Positions 16,549 to 26,278 of a stretch of 64,000 nucleotides of DNA are shown here, in pieces; position 1 is the stretch's first letter, and every line of letters starts with the position of its first letter. The notes under the pieces were generated by a model, which had not been told where the DNA came from, searched no databases, and saw only the letters and a list, made by a program, of their open reading frames with translations. The stretch is from an uncultured Desulfospira sp. (GTDB lineage: Bacteria; Desulfobacterota; Desulfobacteria; Desulfobacterales; Desulfobacteraceae). Both the position numbers and the translations under genes were made by a program. The stretch lies in NCBI GenBank assembly GCA_963663165.1, contig OY760175.1:4832001-4896000 (forward strand), written 5' to 3'.

Positions 16549-18041
16549 TCGCTCCGAACCTGCCCATTGTGGTCATTGATGTTGCCGGCTCTTTTGCTAT
16601 GGTGGTGCTGGCCCTTCTTTGCTGCCGCAGGGCCGGGATATTGAGGGAAACCGACCCGGATAATGCCCTGTTCCTTTATCTGGTCTGGATTTCCATCGGG
16701 TTTATGATTTTTGCGGTGTCGCGCTCTTTTGGCCATATGCTAAGGCAGCTGCTGATTTTCACAGACCATGCCGAGATCTGGCATGCCATCGGCCCTTACT
16801 CGGGAAGCGTCAATACGGTTTCGTTTATGCTGGTGGGCCTGATCACCCTGTTTTTCAACCAGAGCTGGAAAATCAACGAAAAGATCCTGTCCTCCAGAAA
16901 AAAGCTTGAGGCCGCCCATGGTCAGCTGCTGGGCTTAAACCAGACCCTGGAACTCAAGGTGGTGGAGCGCACGGAAATGCTGACCAGCTCGGAACATAAG
17001 GCCCGGCGTATTTTTGAACACTCCCTGGACACCATTTTGGTGACCAGTGCCCGGTTTAAGGTTCAGGAGATCAACAACGCGGGCATTGCCCTTTTCGGGT
17101 ATAAAAAAGAAGATATGCTGGAGCGGGAAATGGGACTGATGGATTTTATTGCCCATCCCTCTGACCGGGAACAGATCCTTCACCAGCTGAACACCAATGA
17201 ATACGTGGTCAACGAAGAAGTCGATATTGTCAGGGGCGACCAGGCAAAGGTCCGGGTCCTGATCACCGGCGGGGTGGATTACGGGGCCTTTGGCTGTGCC
17301 AAAACCTTTCATTTCATTATCAAGGACATCAATGAAAAAAAACAGATGGAGCAGCAGATCGCCCAGGCCGACAAACTGGCCGCCTTAGGAGAGCTTTCCG
17401 CCGGCGTGGCCCACGAGATCAACAACCCTTTGGGGATTATCCTTGGCTATACCCAGCTGATGCTCAAAAAAGAGTCTGAATTTACAGAAGACCTTAAAAT
17501 TATTGAAAAGCATGTGAAAAACTGCAAGGAAGTGGTCAGCGACCTGCTCTCTTTTTCCCGGAAAGGCTCAAGGGAAATGGGCAGCGTGGACATCCGTGCC
17601 ATGCTCAATGAGCTGGTCAAATTTTTAAGCAACCATGTGGATTTTAGAAAGGTTAAGATTCGCCTTTCCCTGTGGGAGGATGACAAACTGGCCGTCACCG
17701 GTAATCAACGGGAACTGACCCAGGTCATTTTAAACCTGATGATCAATGCCTGCCATGCCCTGGGCGATACCCCTGATGCCGTCATTGAGGTGAGTACCCA
17801 GAAAAAGGAAGATGATGTGGTCATAACGGTTAAGGACAACGGCACCGGTATAAAGCCGGCCCATCTGTCCCGGATTTTTGATCCGTTTTTTACCACCAAA
17901 CCCGTGGGCCAGGGCACGGGACTAGGCCTTTCGGTGGGATACGGGATTATCCGCCGGCACCGGGGGGACATCTCGGCCCGAAACCGTCAAAGCGGGGGGG
18001 CGGTGTTTACTGTCCGACTGCCTTTGGAAACTTTGACTTAA
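16545..18041 (+). CDS. PAS-domain sensor histidine kinase (NtrB-like)
   Basis: [38 protein letters not shown]. Confidence 0.95.
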   Translation: MIAPNLPIVVIDVAGSFAMVVLALLCCRRAGILRETDPDNALFLYLVWISIGFMIFAVSRSFGHMLRQLLIFTDHAEIWHAIGPYSGSVNTVSFMLVGLITLFFNQSWKINEKILSSRKKLEAAHGQLLGLNQTLELKVVERTEMLTSSEHKARRIFEHSLDTILVTSARFKVQEINNAGIALFGYKKEDMLEREMGLMDFIAHPSDREQILHQLNTNEYVVNEEVDIVRGDQAKVRVLITGGVDYGAFGCAKTFHFIIKDINEKKQMEQQIAQADKLAALGELSAGVAHEINNPLGIILGYTQLMLKKESEFTEDLKIIEKHVKNCKEVVSDLLSFSRKGSREMGSVDIRAMLNELVKFLSNHVDFRKVKIRLSLWEDDKLAVTGNQRELTQVILNLMINACHALGDTPDAVIEVSTQKKEDDVVITVKDNGTGIKPAHLSRIFDPFFTTKPVGQGTGLGLSVGYGIIRRHRGDISARNRQSGGAVFTVRLPLETLT

Positions 18042-18052
18042 AGGAGGTGCCC

Positions 18053-19450
18053 ATGACATCCCGGATTCTGGTGGTGGATGATGAAAAGGACATGACCCGC
18101 CTGCTTCAACGGACCCTGGAACCGGAGCTGGACTGCAAGGTGGCCATGGCCTTTTCCGGCGAAATGGCCTTGAATGTGATCGAGCAGTCAGATCCGGCTT
18201 TTGACCTGGTCATCAGCGATATCCGCATGCCTGAAATGGACGGATTTGCGCTCTTAGACCGGCTAAAAGAAGTGTATCCGGACCTGACCGTGGTCATGCT
18301 CACGGCCTACGGCAATATTGAATCGGCAGTGGCGGCCATCAAAAAAGGGGCTTACGATTTTATCTCCAAACCCTTTGAACAGGATGAGATGGTTTTTAAA
18401 ATCCAGAAAGCCCTGGAGCGAAGCCGGCTGATTTTAGAAAACAAACGGCTTCAAAAGGCCTGCCAGAGTGCGTCCCTGCCCTTGATCGGCCAGAGCCCGG
18501 CCATGGAAAAGGTGTTTAAGAAAATCGCCCTTGTGGCCGACTCCGACGTTACGGTGCTGATCACCGGGGAATCCGGAACCGGAAAGGATCTGACGGCCCG
18601 GTCCATTCATGCCTTAAGCGGCCGGAAGGACAAACCGTATATCCCGGTCAACTGTCCCACCATCCCCGAGCATATTCTGGAAAGTGAATTATTCGGGTAT
18701 AAAAAAGGGGCGTTCACCAATGCCTACCGGGACAAGACCGGGCTGTTCCAGGAGGCCAACCATGGCACCATTTTCTTAGATGAAATCGGGGATGTAGGGC
18801 CCACCATCCAGACCAAGCTGCTCCGGGTGATCCAGGAAAAAGAGGTCAAGCCCTTAGGCGATACAAGGGTGGACCATGTGGATGTCCGGATCATTGCCTC
18901 AACCAATCAGGACCTGCAGCAGAAAATCGTCGACAAGGAGTTCCGGGAAGATTTCTTCTACCGGCTTTCGGTGATCACCATTGAACTGCCCCCGTTAAGG
19001 GAACGGGTCACGGACATCCCTTTGCTTTGCAATCATCTGCTGGCCAAGCATTGCGAAAAGATGAACAAGGCGCCCAAGCACTTGTCTGAAAACGTCATGG
19101 ACCTGTTAATGAAGCAGCCCTGGCAGGGCAATGTCCGGGAACTTGAAAACGTCCTGGTCCAGGGAATTCTCTATGCCGAGGGCGACGTCATCCGCCGGGC
19201 CAATATCCCCATCCAGACGGAAGGGGACCGGGGCGGCATGGACTTTCATATGGAAATGGGCAACCTGCCGTACAAGGCGGCCAAGGAAAAAATGCTGACC
19301 TGGTTCAACCATAACTACATCGGGGCCATGCTCTCCATGACCCAGGGGAACGTCACCCATGCGGCCAAACGGTGCGCCATGGACCGCCAGGCCCTTCAGC
19401 AGATTATGAAGCGGTATGCCATTGATCCGGATCGGTTCAGGGGAAAATAA
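18053..19450 (+). CDS. Sigma54-dependent response regulator (NtrC family)
   Basis: Receiver domain, GESGTGKD, ELFGYKKGAFTNA, FLDEIG, WQGNVREL, HTH. Confidence 0.95.
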   Translation: MTSRILVVDDEKDMTRLLQRTLEPELDCKVAMAFSGEMALNVIEQSDPAFDLVISDIRMPEMDGFALLDRLKEVYPDLTVVMLTAYGNIESAVAAIKKGAYDFISKPFEQDEMVFKIQKALERSRLILENKRLQKACQSASLPLIGQSPAMEKVFKKIALVADSDVTVLITGESGTGKDLTARSIHALSGRKDKPYIPVNCPTIPEHILESELFGYKKGAFTNAYRDKTGLFQEANHGTIFLDEIGDVGPTIQTKLLRVIQEKEVKPLGDTRVDHVDVRIIASTNQDLQQKIVDKEFREDFFYRLSVITIELPPLRERVTDIPLLCNHLLAKHCEKMNKAPKHLSENVMDLLMKQPWQGNVRELENVLVQGILYAEGDVIRRANIPIQTEGDRGGMDFHMEMGNLPYKAAKEKMLTWFNHNYIGAMLSMTQGNVTHAAKRCAMDRQALQQIMKRYAIDPDRFRGK

Positions 19451-19487
19451 CCCATGAATTTTATGATATATTTCAGTTCATCATTAA

Positions 19488-19760
19488 TTAGTTGTTACCG
19501 GAATTTAAGGCATTCGTGTTTTTAAACATACATTGCCAGAGGCTGTCTCTTTGGCGGGCATACCTGACGGCATCAGCCCTGCTTATTCCGATATCCTTCA
19601 GGTTGTGATCAGTCATTTCCAGAAGCTGCCGGCAATGTTTTGTCAGCATTCTCCAGCGCCTGTACCCCTGCCATACCTGTTTTATGAAATCCCGTATCTG
19701 GTAAAGAAAGTGACCCCTAAACCCGAACCACAACCTGCCTCTTTTTTTGCCGATGCCCAT
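19488..19760 (-). CDS. DUF1127 small protein
   Basis: RQLLEMTDHNLKDIGISRAD; GGAGG RBS; divergent from a LysR gene. Confidence 0.85.
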   Translation of the reverse strand: MGIGKKRGRLWFGFRGHFLYQIRDFIKQVWQGYRRWRMLTKHCRQLLEMTDHNLKDIGISRADAVRYARQRDSLWQCMFKNTNALNSGNN

Positions 19761-19877
19761 GGCCCCTCCATTGAATTTTTTTGATGTGTGTTTGGGTTTG
19801 TATAAAAAATTATTATTGATCAAACAAACGAATTGTTTTAATATTTGTTATCAATAATTTTTATGCAAGGAGGGCGT

Positions 19878-20762
19878 ATGTCTGAATCAATCCCTGTAGA
19901 TCTGCTGAGAACGTTTATTGCTATCGCAGATAGTGGCAGTTTCAGTCTGGCTGCCGATCAGATATCCAGAACCCAATCGGCCGTGAGTATGCAGGTCAAG
20001 CGGCTTGAGGAATTGATTGAAAAACCTCTGATTCACAGGGACAGCCGGAATTTACAATTGACCGGCGACGGCGTTACACTCCTTGACTATGCACGGCGGA
20101 TTTTGAAACTGAACGAGGAGGCCTTGTCATTATTGAAACGGCCTGAACTAAAGGGATGGGTTAGTATTGGACTGCCGGATGATTATGCGGCCCGGTTTCT
20201 GCCCGAAATTCTGGCCAGTTTTTCCCGAACCCATCCAAGGGTTCAGGTAAAAGTCACCTGTGAGCCAAGCAACATGCTTTTGGAAAGGATACAAAGAAAA
20301 GCTCTGGACCTGGCCATGGTCACCTCACCTGCTCCCGAGATAGAGAATGGAACTCTGCTCAGGCAGGATCCAACGATCTGGGTGACCTCAGAACGGCATT
20401 GCCAGCATGAAATCACACCACTGCCCCTGGCCCTTTTCTCAGGTGACTGTTGGTGCCGGACCTGGGTCCTCTCTGCCTTGGAAAAAGCTGGAATTGAGTA
20501 CCGGATTGCCTATACCAGCCCAAGCATCATGGGCCATCAGGCCGCTGTTACCGCCGGCCTTGCTGTTACCGCCATCAGCCAGAGCACTGTCTGGCCAGGG
20601 ATACGCCAGTTAACCCCCGAAGAGGGATTTCCCTGCCTGCCCAATGCCTCTTTCCTGCTCCGCCGTAATCCGGAATCCAACAACTGCATTGTGGATTCAC
20701 TGGCCGAACATATTGGCAAAGCGTTCAGCTCCTGTTCGGAATTCGGCGGGTGTTTTTCCTGA
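19878..20762 (+). CDS. LysR family transcriptional regulator
   Basis: LLRTFIAIADSGSFSLAA..RTQSAVSMQVKRLEE; IGLPDDYA. Confidence 0.95.
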   Translation: MSESIPVDLLRTFIAIADSGSFSLAADQISRTQSAVSMQVKRLEELIEKPLIHRDSRNLQLTGDGVTLLDYARRILKLNEEALSLLKRPELKGWVSIGLPDDYAARFLPEILASFSRTHPRVQVKVTCEPSNMLLERIQRKALDLAMVTSPAPEIENGTLLRQDPTIWVTSERHCQHEITPLPLALFSGDCWCRTWVLSALEKAGIEYRIAYTSPSIMGHQAAVTAGLAVTAISQSTVWPGIRQLTPEEGFPCLPNASFLLRRNPESNNCIVDSLAEHIGKAFSSCSEFGGCFS

Positions 20763-20792
20763 TCCCGCTGATCATGATTCCAGGAACATTGT

Positions 20793-20877
20793 TGGGATAA
20801 ATGGGGATCAAAGTTAAATCAGACGTTACATAATTAATTTTACTCCGCCCCAATCCCCCCCAACAATCCCCCCATCC
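20793..20877. repeat. Degenerate GGGG...CCCC mini-element with stuttered ends between convergent genes
   Basis: GGGATAAAT GGGGATCAAAGTTAAAT ... ATTTTACTCCGCCCCAAT CCCCCCCAACAAT CCCCCCATC. Confidence 0.5.
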
Positions 20878-20880
20878 GGC

Positions 20881-22467
20881 TTAGAAGACACTGCCAAAAT
20901 TATCGGCAAACTTATGAAGATCAGCCTGATCTGCTTCTTCTCCGGCAAAAGATTGCGCAAAATGGTATAAATCTTTACCGTCCACATCATCATCTTCATC
21001 CATATCTCCATAAGGCGGTTCCCAGCACAGGGCCTTGATGCAGACATTCCCGAAACCATTGCTATGAGCGTCTGTCCAGGACTTGCCGTTACGGGAATAA
21101 TAACTTTCCCCTTCATTTGACACGGCCCTGGAACTATAGTCTGCAATGGGGCGTTCTAAGGGAACCGGATAAAGTGTTTTAGTATCATTGCTCTCAAATT
21201 TTACGGCGATGCCAAAACCGTCGTTTGCCTGATATGAAACTGGGGTGTCAAGCTTTATGGTGTGCCATCCACCATATGGAAGCTCGCCTGTCTGGGCAGC
21301 TAATATTCCTGAAAATGAAGAACCGGAATGGTTATCGTATACCGTAATTTCATAGGACATTCCGGAAACGGCATAAAAGTTTACAGCATAAAGGGTGCCG
21401 TTTTTTTCAGGAACAAACCAGTTGGCACCGTATGCTTCGGGGGTCCCATATCCCATGGTTCCTGTGGTCCCTAATTCGTCATAATAATAGACTTTGTTTA
21501 TTTTTGAGCTGTCATCTTCTTTGTCGTCAAAACAGGCCAATGTTTTATATCCCAGCAGGGGATCATGATAGGAAACATAAAAATAGCCGTTGTCCCCCCA
21601 GTTCTGGCCCCAGGAATTCCGGACGATAAACGCACCATTCCCGGGCGCACCCGCTACGGTTTTGGTGTCATCCCATCCGACAATTACAATGGCATGGTTG
21701 CTGTATGTCGAACTGCCCGTGTAATAATAGGTGTTTCCGTCTGAATTGTAGTAACCTTGATTCCAATATATATTAGAATAGATTCCCCCATGATCCATCA
21801 CAGCCTGTTTGATATAATCAATGTCTCCGGCCCCTGACCGTACAGGGAGAAATACCACATTGTCAATGTATCTTAGGGGGGACAGGCCTGTATCTTCAGA
21901 TTGATCGTCATAAGGGTCATCTGCCTCGCTGACCGGGCCGGCAAAGCGCGAAAGATATGCCGCGCTCATATCAATATTGCCCCCGGCATCAGGCCCCCGG
22001 TCAAAACCGTGATGATAGACCAGATTATCTTCTGAAAAGTCTTCCTCTTCATTTAAATGTTGTTTTATCTGGCTTTCAAGGCTTCCAAACGTTGCAAACG
22101 CCCAGCAGGTATTGCGACTCCCCTGGTTTTTTACCGGGGTTAAGAAAGCGTCATCTGTTTTTGGGTCGTTGTCCGGATCCCTCATGTCATAAACCGTGTC
22201 GGCAAGGGTGCCCTTGATTTGGAGAGATGGCTTATGAACAACCGGTGTCAGGGGAGAAGGGACAATGTAATAGCGTTGCTTTTTTTCGCTGCCGTCATTT
22301 TTTGATATCTGTTCCTGTGCTGAGGACTGCAAAAAATCCAGTAATTCCGGGTTAACCGGTGCCATGGAAATTTGTCCGTCTGAAGCATATGAAAATGTGC
22401 CGGGTGCCAATATCAGCATGACTGCGAAAATGGCCTTACATATGGAACAACCGATGTGGGGTTTCAT
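20881..22467 (-). CDS. Secreted papain-like (C1A) cysteine peptidase with lectin-like domain and EF-hand/dockerin-like tail
   Basis: VKNQGSRNTCWAF, NHAIVIVGWDD, VRNSWG..WGDNGYF; C-terminal GDMDEDDDVDGKDL..FAQSF. Confidence 0.9.
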   Translation of the reverse strand: MKPHIGCSICKAIFAVMLILAPGTFSYASDGQISMAPVNPELLDFLQSSAQEQISKNDGSEKKQRYYIVPSPLTPVVHKPSLQIKGTLADTVYDMRDPDNDPKTDDAFLTPVKNQGSRNTCWAFATFGSLESQIKQHLNEEEDFSEDNLVYHHGFDRGPDAGGNIDMSAAYLSRFAGPVSEADDPYDDQSEDTGLSPLRYIDNVVFLPVRSGAGDIDYIKQAVMDHGGIYSNIYWNQGYYNSDGNTYYYTGSSTYSNHAIVIVGWDDTKTVAGAPGNGAFIVRNSWGQNWGDNGYFYVSYHDPLLGYKTLACFDDKEDDSSKINKVYYYDELGTTGTMGYGTPEAYGANWFVPEKNGTLYAVNFYAVSGMSYEITVYDNHSGSSFSGILAAQTGELPYGGWHTIKLDTPVSYQANDGFGIAVKFESNDTKTLYPVPLERPIADYSSRAVSNEGESYYSRNGKSWTDAHSNGFGNVCIKALCWEPPYGDMDEDDDVDGKDLYHFAQSFAGEEADQADLHKFADNFGSVF

Positions 22468-22898
22468 TTTTATTCCTTTTTATGTGGTTTTGAATATCCT
22501 TTTCAGTTTTATAGCTATACTCAAATTTCCTTAAGTTTACAAGAACGAAGAATATGGCCGCGGCCCATGGAAAGGCGTCTGACCGTTAAGTATTCCTCAA
22601 CTATTTGAAATAAAAGGGTATGCTGTATTTATACCTGGCAATGGGAATTGGTTTGTGAAAAATAGATTTGACAATTAAAGAATTATTAAGCTTTTATTAT
22701 TTGGATAGTCTAATTTTTTAATTGACAAGTAATCATTATTGTAATATCTAAGATCTCATTGTAATACAATGGCTGCGAGTGCCCCCTGTTTCCAGTGCCG
22801 AAGGGCAGCCCTTCATGGCGATAAAAATTCGGCCGGTTTCCGGGAGGTGCTCACATCATAGATTTTTCCCTTTTATTTCAATGAACAAGGAGACAGAT

Positions 22899-23636
22899 AT
22901 GACAAAGAAAATAATTCAAGCCATCTCGGTTTTATTGGCACTGGCCGGGCTGATGGCAGGTACGGCGGCCAGTGCGTTTGCCGATTCTTCCCAGTGGGAT
23001 ACCACCTGGACATCCAGTTATGCCTACCTTGATGATGATGTCATGGACAACCTGTATTCGACACTTGCCGGAGAGACCGGATATACGGCGGATCAGGTTG
23101 AATCCGGTTTGGCGTCCATGCTTTATACGGCGTTTTCATCCATCACAATACTGGATATTACCAGTATATTGGGTGCACAAAAGGATACGTTGGCCGTAAA
23201 AATTGATGGGGCTGCCACGGTCTCATATACCTATGAAGACACAGTGACAGTCTCCTGGGGTGAATATTCTTTTGATTGGTATTGCTTTACCGCTGCCGAC
23301 GCAGGAGATTATGAATATATCATCGTTACCGCCGTACATCAGGATGGTGAGGACGGCATGCTGCATTTTCACCTGAGATATGGCTCAACTTCGTTTAATG
23401 ACCTTATTGGCAATGAAGCTTACAATTACTGGTGGCCCACATTCGTGCGCAGCAGCCTGACGGCGGAAGATGTTGCAGCAGAGTATGCCGCAGCAGAAAG
23501 CGTAGCAGAGTTTGCCGCCATGATTCCGGCGATTCTCAGCAGCCAGGGAGTAAACCCGGTTCCTGTTCCGGGAGCGATCTGGCTTTTTGGCTCCGGCCTT
23601 ATTGCCCTTGCCGGGATCAGGCGCAGGGGCTGCTGA
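22899..23636 (+). CDS. VPLPA/PEP-CTERM exported protein with possible ZinT-like domain
   Basis: Signal peptide; HFHLRYG...WWPTF; C-terminal PVPVPGAIWLFGSGLIALAGIRRR. Confidence 0.8.
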   Translation: MTKKIIQAISVLLALAGLMAGTAASAFADSSQWDTTWTSSYAYLDDDVMDNLYSTLAGETGYTADQVESGLASMLYTAFSSITILDITSILGAQKDTLAVKIDGAATVSYTYEDTVTVSWGEYSFDWYCFTAADAGDYEYIIVTAVHQDGEDGMLHFHLRYGSTSFNDLIGNEAYNYWWPTFVRSSLTAEDVAAEYAAAESVAEFAAMIPAILSSQGVNPVPVPGAIWLFGSGLIALAGIRRRGC

Positions 23637-23689
23637 ACACCTGTTAAAAAGCACAACCCGTACATTTTTCTAAAAAAAGGGGAAAAACC

Positions 23690-23730
23690 ACAAAGCACCC
23701 TTCCTGTTAAAATCAAGAAGGGTGCTTTGT
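23690..23730. terminator. Hairpin between convergent genes
   Basis: ACAAAGCACCCTTC ... GAAGGGTGCTTTGT, 14-bp stem. Confidence 0.6.
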
Positions 23731-23736
23731 TATGCT

Positions 23737-24255
23737 TTAGACCGTATAGACAAAGTCTTCTTTTCTCGGTTTTGCTTCAGGAACAGTGCCGTCAATGTAT
23801 CCCAAAATGCAATGGCCGATGCCCTCGTAATCCCCTTCAATGCCCCACTCTTTTAACAGGGCCTTGCCTTCGGGGCTTTCAAACTCTTCTTTGGCCCGAT
23901 GAATCCAGCAGCTTCCAAGGCCAAGGTCGTGGGCAGCCAGCAGTAAATTGGCCATGACCATGCACCCGTCGTACTGGAAGGTATGCTTGGATTTGTCGGC
24001 CAGAACAATGATAACCACCGGTGCTCCGTAAAATGGATCAATATTGTTTCCCATGATTTTTGCGTTGAGCCCGGATAATTTGTCCCTGACGGCTTTGTCC
24101 TTGACCACCACCATGATGGCGGATTGCATGCCCTTGCCGTTGGGCGCAAACGTGCCGGCTTTGGTGATTTCGTTTAGCAGTTCGTCAGGAACCATTTGGG
24201 GCTGATATTTGCGGATGGATCTGCGGGATAACATTTTTTCGATGGCTGTGCTCAT
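23737..24255 (-). CDS. Nitroreductase family protein
   Basis: SRRSIRKY, APNGKGMQ, LAAHDLGLGSCWI. Confidence 0.92.
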   Translation of the reverse strand: MSTAIEKMLSRRSIRKYQPQMVPDELLNEITKAGTFAPNGKGMQSAIMVVVKDKAVRDKLSGLNAKIMGNNIDPFYGAPVVIIVLADKSKHTFQYDGCMVMANLLLAAHDLGLGSCWIHRAKEEFESPEGKALLKEWGIEGDYEGIGHCILGYIDGTVPEAKPRKEDFVYTV

Positions 24256-24323
24256 ACTATTTTCTCCTTTCATTATTTCAAAGGGTAACAGGCTTGATGC
24301 CTGAATGAAGTTCTCTATTTGGT

Positions 24324-24560
24324 TCAGGCGTCTTTCTTTGCCGCCTGTTCAAGATCGCTCAGAAAGGCCAAAAGATCAAGTCCGTATTTTGCAGCGGCCG
24401 ATTCAATGGGTTCAAACAGGGCATTGCAGCAGATGCACTCCCCGGCTTTTTGGTCCCATTGTTTGAACACGGCTTCAGTGGACCTGAAATTGGAAACAAT
24501 ATCCAGAACGGTCATGTCCGGCCGGATCAGGGCCGGGTCAGGGATTTGGGGGGCGGTCAT
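24324..24560 (-). CDS. Small DUF1858-like protein
   Basis: MTVLDIV..TEAVF..CICC; 78 aa; last gene of the yedE operon. Confidence 0.65.
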   Translation of the reverse strand: MTAPQIPDPALIRPDMTVLDIVSNFRSTEAVFKQWDQKAGECICCNALFEPIESAAAKYGLDLLAFLSDLEQAAKKDA

Positions 24561-24561
24561 T

Positions 24562-25428
24562 TTAAATGTTTCCTTCCAGTATCCGGGTCAGTGCACCCGG
24601 AATCTGCCGGATAATGTCAACCACCTGGGATGCCGGTGTCGGGGATGCGGCCACCCCTGCCACGCGGTTGACCAGGGCCGCGATCTGAGCGGATTCGGGA
24701 ATAGGCCGGCCGCTTTCCACCAGGGCCGAGACCAGTCCGGTAAGGGTGTCCCCGGTGCCGCCCATGGCTTCCATGGCTTCGGCCGCCGGCTGGTCCACCT
24801 GGGTCAGGATTTCCCCCCGGCAGACCACATAATCGGTATGACCCTTAACCAAGAGATGCTTTGCCGCATTGTCATGGCTGTAGGCCCGGGCAATGAGATC
24901 GGGAACCTGGTTGTCCTGGTGGAGGATAAAGCCCCGGGTGTAAAAGGGGTGGGGCGCGGTTTCATCGGCAAGAAAGGACAGTTCCCCCACATCCGGGGTG
25001 AACAGATCATAAGAAAGGGCCTGGCCGCTCATCTTGGCCGCATACATGAACCCGGCATCGGCAATCAGGGTTGGCCGCCGGGCCATGGCGTCCATGGCAA
25101 ACAATACTTTGTTGTGCCAGTCCACGTCGGGCTGAAGATAATGGAATACCAGGGTGGATAAACCGGTTTCAGGCAGCATCCGGGTCAACTCCCGGTAGAG
25201 CTCCCGGCTGCCCTTGCCCCTTCCGATATCCCCTGCCAGTATTCCCAGGGGAGGGTCAAGGCCCAACACCTGGCCGGCCCGGATGACCGCCCCGGCCAGG
25301 GCAGGGGTGCCCCGGTTTACAGGGACTTCAAGGCCGTTGATAATAAGGGTGTCATCCCCTTTCAGGGACATCTGCCCCCGGACCAGGGCAAAAGATTCAT
25401 CAGGCACTGTTCCGGCTATGGCAAGCAC
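24562..25428 (-). CDS. Ribokinase-fold (YjeF C-terminal/sugar kinase-like) protein
   Basis: LIADAG, FTPDVGEL, LLVKG, GGTGDTLTG. Confidence 0.8.
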   Translation of the reverse strand: MLAIAGTVPDESFALVRGQMSLKGDDTLIINGLEVPVNRGTPALAGAVIRAGQVLGLDPPLGILAGDIGRGKGSRELYRELTRMLPETGLSTLVFHYLQPDVDWHNKVLFAMDAMARRPTLIADAGFMYAAKMSGQALSYDLFTPDVGELSFLADETAPHPFYTRGFILHQDNQVPDLIARAYSHDNAAKHLLVKGHTDYVVCRGEILTQVDQPAAEAMEAMGGTGDTLTGLVSALVESGRPIPESAQIAALVNRVAGVAASPTPASQVVDIIRQIPGALTRILEGNI

Positions 25429-25961
25429 TGGCGGATCATCTCCTCATGGGCAAGTTCAAGGGCATATCCGCAAAGGGTATGGCCGATTTTTCCCGGTCTT
25501 GGGGCGCTGTCCAGGGGCTTTCCCACCATTTCCCGGGCCAGGTACGGCACATCCGGGCAGCCGCCGCCGGATATGTTGACAATGGTCTTGGTTTGTTTGT
25601 GGATGGTCAGTTTCATGTTGGCGGCCCGGATCATCAGATAATCCCCGAAATCTTTGGTGTGGAACAGGTCAACGGGTTTCAGCAGGGGGTCAGTCACCGG
25701 GACCATTTCCAGGGGCGGAATACCGGCCTCGGTCAGTACCCTCATCAGGGACAGGTTTTCAATGAGCGGGAACTGGATGACCAGATCACACCCGCTTTGA
25801 ATTCCCGGGGGCGGTCCCATCACCTTGACGGTCCACCCCCGGGATTTTAATACATTTTCCGCCTGGATCACTTCGCTGGTATTCTCAAATACGAGAATAC
25901 CCAGGTCTTCGTCCAGGGGTTGCGCTTTGGGAACCTTTTTCGGTTTGAAAAAGTTGAACAC
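25416..25961 (-). CDS. DUF3343 domain protein
   Basis: FENTSEVIQAE..PPPGIQSGCDL; GGGCPDVP; TLCG. Confidence 0.7.
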   Translation of the reverse strand: MFNFFKPKKVPKAQPLDEDLGILVFENTSEVIQAENVLKSRGWTVKVMGPPPGIQSGCDLVIQFPLIENLSLMRVLTEAGIPPLEMVPVTDPLLKPVDLFHTKDFGDYLMIRAANMKLTIHKQTKTIVNISGGGCPDVPYLAREMVGKPLDSAPRPGKIGHTLCGYALELAHEEMIRQCLP

Positions 25962-25968
25962 CGGGATA

Positions 25969-26187
25969 TCAGCCTTTTACAATGGTAATTCTGGTGTCAG
26001 GCCCTTCCTCCTGAACATCCTTTACCTGGCATCCTTTATTTTCAGCGGCCCGGGCAACGTTTTCCCTGGAGGCCTCATTGTCTACCAGCACCTGGATTTC
26101 ATTGTCTGTCCCGGATGATATGGCATCCAGGGTCATCAATACCGGCTGGGGGCAGGACAGCCCCCTTGCATCAACTATTTTACTCAT
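25969..26187 (-). CDS. TusA/SirA/YedF-type sulfur or selenium carrier
   Basis: VDARGLSCPQPV, VLVDN..SRENV. Confidence 0.92.
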   Translation of the reverse strand: MSKIVDARGLSCPQPVLMTLDAISSGTDNEIQVLVDNEASRENVARAAENKGCQVKDVQEEGPDTRITIVKG

Positions 26188-26278
26188 GGGTTATTTCCTT
26201 CCAACTGAAATTTTTTAACTTGGGACATCAGACTCGGCCTTTTTGCAGCCTTTTTTCTAAAGTCTAATGTCTATCATA

